Assembly: GCA_958009085.1 (NCBI GenBank)
Contig: OY253688.1
Coordinates: 124,001-188,000 of the forward strand
Length of the DNA stretch: 64,000 bases
From: Protoeuglena noctilucae
Taxonomy: Eukaryota
Direction: 5' to 3'
The notes under the pieces were generated by a model. It ran no database searches. It was not told where the DNA came from and saw nothing but the letters and a program-made list of their open reading frames with translations. Below, piece after piece: positions 59,501-64,000 of the stretch. Positions within the stretch are counted from its first letter, which is position 1; each line of letters begins with the position of its first letter. Made by a program: the position numbers and the translations under genes.

Positions 59501-60812
59501 CGGCGGCGGCCGCCATCGGCCGCGTGCTGCGCTCGGCGCGGTCGGCAAGGACGGACGTTACCGACGCGTCCTCGACCGCCTCCTCCGTGCACCTGGTGCC
59601 TCGCGCCGCGTCGCGGCTGCCATCCCGGCACGCCGCGCGGGGCCCCGCGCCGCTGCCCGCGCTCGCGAGCCTGTCGGCCTCCCCGCTGGAGCTCTCGCGG
59701 CGCACCGCGAGTGAGGCGGACACCGGGCACAGCGCCGGGCCGTCGGCCACAGCCACGGGCTCGGTCCCTACCACGGGCACGCTGTCGGTGGGGCAGCTTC
59801 GGGACCTGGTCGTCGCGCTCAAGAGCAAGCGGGACAGGGAGTCGACGCAGGAGCGGGAGGCGGAGGCCGGGAGGGGCGCGGCGACCGCCGGGGCATCGAC
59901 CAGCGCGCCCCTGCCGAGCCTGACCGAGACGCAGAGGGTGTCGCCCGCAGTGGTGAGGGCCGTTTGCCTTATCTTGTGGCAGCAAAGCCCCTGTGTTATT
60001 ATCAGGATGAGAACGCTTGCAGGCAGCCAGAGATCGCTGCTCATGTCATGCCATTCCGCCCTTTTCCGCAGGCGTCCCTGAGGCTCGGGGTGGTCGGAGA
60101 GGACAGCAAGGCCACCGTGTCCTCGTCGCTCCCCGGCACGGCCGTGCCCTCTCTGGCCGCGGCAGGCCACGCTCCCAAGTGGCACGGGGGCCCGGTCACG
60201 GGGTGGGTGGCCAAGGGCGCCACGCCTCCGCCGGACGGCACCCGCGACGCCCCGCCGGGGTGGCGCAGGAGCCAGTCGCACTCCCCGGATGGCGCCGTGA
60301 CGATGCGGGGGGGCCTGGGTGGCGCGTCGCCCCAGAGCCCAGCGCTGGGTGCTCAGCGCAGCAAGGGGACTTCGGTGGACCTGGGGCGTGCGCTGATGAG
60401 GGGCGCCAGCGAGATCTACGACCGCCGCGCGCCCGGGTCGCCGGCGGGCTCGACGGGAGGGTTTTCGCATGCGGGGGGCCGGAAGGGGGGCGCCGAGGCG
60501 CGGCCTGGTGGCAAGGCGGCGGAAGGGGAGAGTGGGACCGATGGGCAGGAGACGGGGTCGGAGTCCCATGGAATTGCGGTCAAGGTCCGAGACAGCGATG
60601 GTACGGAGCGCGTGGAGGCGTCTGGGCGGCCGTCGTCGCACAACAGCGCGCAGGGGTCCAACAGTGACCCGACGGGGTCGCCGGGCCAGGGCGACTCTGG
60701 CGAGGCGTCGGGCATGGGGACTGCGGAAGACGCGGCACGGAAGCTCGAGGAGATCATGGCGAAGAAGAATGCCATGATGCGCACGCGGGCACGCGTCGCC
60801 ACCATCGTCTGA
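56567..60812 (+). CDS. N-terminal motor kinesin, KIF12/kinesin-16-like
   Basis: VRVAVRIRP, FAYGQTGSGKTHTM, MNRYSSRSH, VDLAGSE, INQSL and HIPFRDSKLT. LRWSKDDGFYLEN resembles KIF12-type motors; coiled-coil and disordered tail. Confidence 0.93.
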
Positions 60813-61579
60813 ACAGCCACGGGGCACTGACGTTGCCGGCCCTATTGATGTATTACCTGTAAGGTAGTTTACCTTGTGGCCCTTGCCGGCTCATGCTTGG
60901 AGCTCGGGGTTTGGATGTGCACACTGATCTGTCGAGTGGACGAAAAATCAGACAGACCTTTCCATTTCTGCGCGTGACGGACCTGCTAGCGTTTGTGTCG
61001 TTGCGCCGATGCAATGACTGCTTTGACCTTTTCATCTAGACAGCAGCGAGATCCCTAGAGACCACCCTCTCGTGGAATTAGGGCTCAGCGCGCCAGTGCG
61101 CCGGCCTCTTTGCCATCTCACCTTATCACACCATAGCTGAGAGTCGTCGGGCCAGTGTGGCCCGTTCCTTGCGTCACGCGAGCAGGGTTTGTATGCCATG
61201 CTGCGCTTGGCTGTCACCTCGCGGTGTGTGTGCAACACCTTTCGATATCTAGTGCCCACTCCGTGATCAACTCCGCTTATCCTCGTTGCATAGCATGTGT
61301 GACTCGGCCCCTCTATTGGCCGGAAGTGACTTGAACTCGTGACCTCCTTCAGTATACTGCGATTCAACCGGCAAGCCCGCCGGGCGGCAGACAACGTTAG
61401 AAACGCTACAGGAAGTCATTGTTGGGGTGCAGAACTTCCCAGTGAAAAGTCTCTGGTTCTACGCTGGCACGAATCTCTGCTGAAACCCAAGCCAGCAAAT
61501 AGGCGAATGCATAAGTCACTCTCAGCCCATGGCGCGCAGATGCGTGTTGCGCCGCGCTGATACACGTGTGCTAGCATCG

Positions 61580-63510
61580 TCAGGGCAGCATGGCCAGCAC
61601 GACGGCGCTGATGGCCACGCCCACGAACGCGTCGTCGATGGCGTGGTCCAGCGCCCGCTTGCTGTAGCTGCTCGCCCACACCTCCAGGATGGCGCCAGCC
61701 AGGTTGGCCACGGCCAGGGCCGTGGTGAGCAGCCCCAGCCCCTGCGCAAGCGTCACCGACGACGCGCTGGCCATGGCCCCCAGCGTCGCACTGCGACGGA
61801 CAGAGGCACACGCAGCCGTGTCAGCAGCCGCTTCTGTATGCAAAAAGCAAAGGCAGACAAGCAGCCTCGCACGCGCACGCCTGGCACTCGCCCCACCCGC
61901 GCCGGCTGGTGTCTCACCTCCCGGCCACCACGCCTGCAGCCACCGCCATCGCCATTGCCAGCGTGACGCCCGCGCGCCGCCCCAGGAGCACCGGCACCGT
62001 CTTGACCCCCGCCACGGCGTCCCCGTCCACGTCCGCGACGTCCATCAGCACCTCACGGGCCATCATGCTGAAGAAGACGAAAGCGGCGGGCCCGATGACG
62101 ACCGGGTGCGCCAATGCCTGGCCGGCCGCCGCTGCCCCGGCGGCGATGGACGCCGCGATGGTCCCCGCAACCACGGCGTTCTTCAGGAAGGCGATGCGCT
62201 TGAAGAGCGGGGTGTAGAGGAGCGTGGCGACGCACGACGCCGCGACGATGCCCCGCACAACCCAGCTGTCGAGCATGCAGGCGCCCGCCAGCACGGCCGA
62301 GTAGAGGCCCAGGCACAGGAGCACCACGTGGTCCTTCTGGACCGTCCCGCGCACCAGGGGCTTGTCCGGGGCGTTGATGGCGTCGTTGCGCATGTCGAAG
62401 TAGTCGTTGAGGGCGCACGAGGCGAGGGCCACCCCCGCAGAGCACCCCGCCACCACCCACACCTGCGGCGAGGCGAGCGCCGCCAGGCTCCGCCCGCCGC
62501 CCGCCCACGCCCCCAGGATCGTCATCAGCACGCTCGGGCCGTAGTTCTTTGGCCGCGTGGTGCGGAGGAGGTCCCGCAGCACCGTGGACCCCTCTGCTCC
62601 GGACCCCAGGTCCCCCAGGGGCACCGACAGCCCAGCCGTGGCACCCTGCGGTCAGGGGTGTGCAGGGAAGACGTCGAGGTCGCGTGAGTAACGACGCCAG
62701 GTTTTGAAGGCTCGCAACGGTATGCATACGCACCACAGGGCTCATGGGACGGCTGGTGGGAAGGGGCCCCTCGTCGCCCAGGAGGCTCCCTAAGAAGCTG
62801 CGCTGCACGGTGACCGTCGACGCGCGCCGCGACGACATGACGCTGCGAAGGGCGAACTGCGGGGCAGACGGAGCGGCCAAGGGCCGAGCACGTTTGCCAA
62901 CGGAAAGCCGTGGGGCCACCTCTCACGGCGCAGGTCGCAACGAGGGCACCTTGCGGTCTCCGATGCGCCTGCCCGGACCGCGGAGGTCGCGCGACAGCCC
63001 GTCGCTGTGGGTAGCGTGGGGGGGTGCCCCGGCCTCCGAGAGCGTCAGGGGCGTGAGCTGGCACCGGGCGGGCCGAGAGCGCTCCCCGGGACCGCGGAGA
63101 TCGTCCCGTAACATCGTCCAGTCATCTCCCTCCGGACCAGGCACCCGCGCGCCGGCCGAGAAGGCGCTCACGCGGACGTCCGGCAGAGCCGCCGCGGGCT
63201 TGCCGCGCCGCACGCGACGACCCGGCCCGCGCAGGTCGGCTTGCAGACTGCGAGTGTCGGCGACGGGCGGGGAGGGTAAGGCCGCGATACGAGAGCCGGC
63301 GCGTCTGTCAAAGGACCGAGAAGCCGGCCGCACCTTCCCCGGCCCGTGGGTCCCGCGACGGCCGGACTCGCCGGCCCCGACGGCGGGCTTGGATTGGGAC
63401 GAGGGTTACCACTCGCGCCGGACGTCGCGCGGATGCGCAGCTCCAGGATCTCCTCCAAAATGGTCGCATGCGCCCGCACTGCGAACGATGTGCCCCACGG
63501 TCATTGCCAT
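61580..63510 (-). CDS. UbiA-family prenyltransferase, DGGGP-synthase-like; 5' exons uncertain
   Basis: TRPKN, Asp-rich motif I NDYFDMRNDAINAPDKP, LYTPLFKR..FLKN, motif II AREVLMDVADVDGDAVAGVKTVP and multiple TM helices. The core 61580-62650 is solid; ATG 63510 is tentative. Confidence 0.85.
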
Positions 63511-64000
63511 CGGAACGGCGAAGCGGTCGATCAGGGGAAGGCGAAGACATCACCGAAAGGAAAGGGGAGCGCGGTCTTTCCCTGGCGGCCCGTCGCCCGG
63601 GACGAAATACCTAAAAGGGCGCACGCGATGACATGCCAAAAAGTCTGCACCCCACGGAGCCTCGGGCGCAGCTGTTCAGAAATTAGAGACCCCGAAGATC
63701 ACGCGAGCTCCGACAGAGCGGCGTCGATGGCCCGCAGGCCGGAGAAATGCCGGGGGCGACCTCTCCAGTTTGGGGCCCCCGTTCGCTCGCAGCTGCGCGT
63801 GCCCTCGAGCGGGCAGGGCCACAGCCGAGCACGAAACCGGCGACAAGGCGATTGAGCGCTCCAAACGCGACGCGCGGGGCCCACCTGGCCGTTGGGGCGC
63901 GGGCCTCGCGAGGCTTCCCGCCCCGATCGAGGGGCTCGAGACGCGCATCCCTCTCCGCGGCGTCTAATTTGAAATGTCAGCGACCCGACACACTCCCGGT

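Noticed and set aside
1..64000. Alternative genetic code (TAA/TAG = Gln as in some ulvophytes)
   Set aside because: TAA, TAG and TGA all end conserved proteins at the expected positions, and no conserved exon needs stop reassignment.

Overview
GC-rich, gene-dense, intron-rich eukaryotic nuclear DNA, most consistent with a flagellated green alga (plastid-type FAD4, VIR3 and FAP genes; plant-type MUT9-like kinase, ACR and TPST; ciliary DIP13/SSNA1, DPCD and a KIF12-like kinesin). The standard genetic code fits. I spliced about 22 multi-exon genes by hand, so exon boundaries are predictions and homology calls come from recalled family motifs, not database searches. Most of 13.9-64 kb is recognisable housekeeping genes. 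The least explained region is 2.9-13.6 kb: a divergently arranged pair of paralogous orphan genes built from two repeated modules that keep the same intron positions in every copy. These are five copies of a winged-helix-like domain and four copies of a three-exon helical domain, plus a shared basic NLS-like linker and a long Glu/Gly tract. Three window-wide features stand out: about 14 introns appear to need GC donors (mostly AG|GCGAG); at least nine exon-intron junctions are duplicated inside the adjacent intron; and long introns have G-rich 5' ends and C-rich 3' ends. Other notable genes are a Zucchini/PLD6 with two possible N-termini, an Arl8-like GTPase with a hydrophobic anchor, a DGGGPS-like UbiA prenyltransferase and a frameshifted DPCD. 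I found no rRNA, tRNA, CRISPR array or recognisable transposase.
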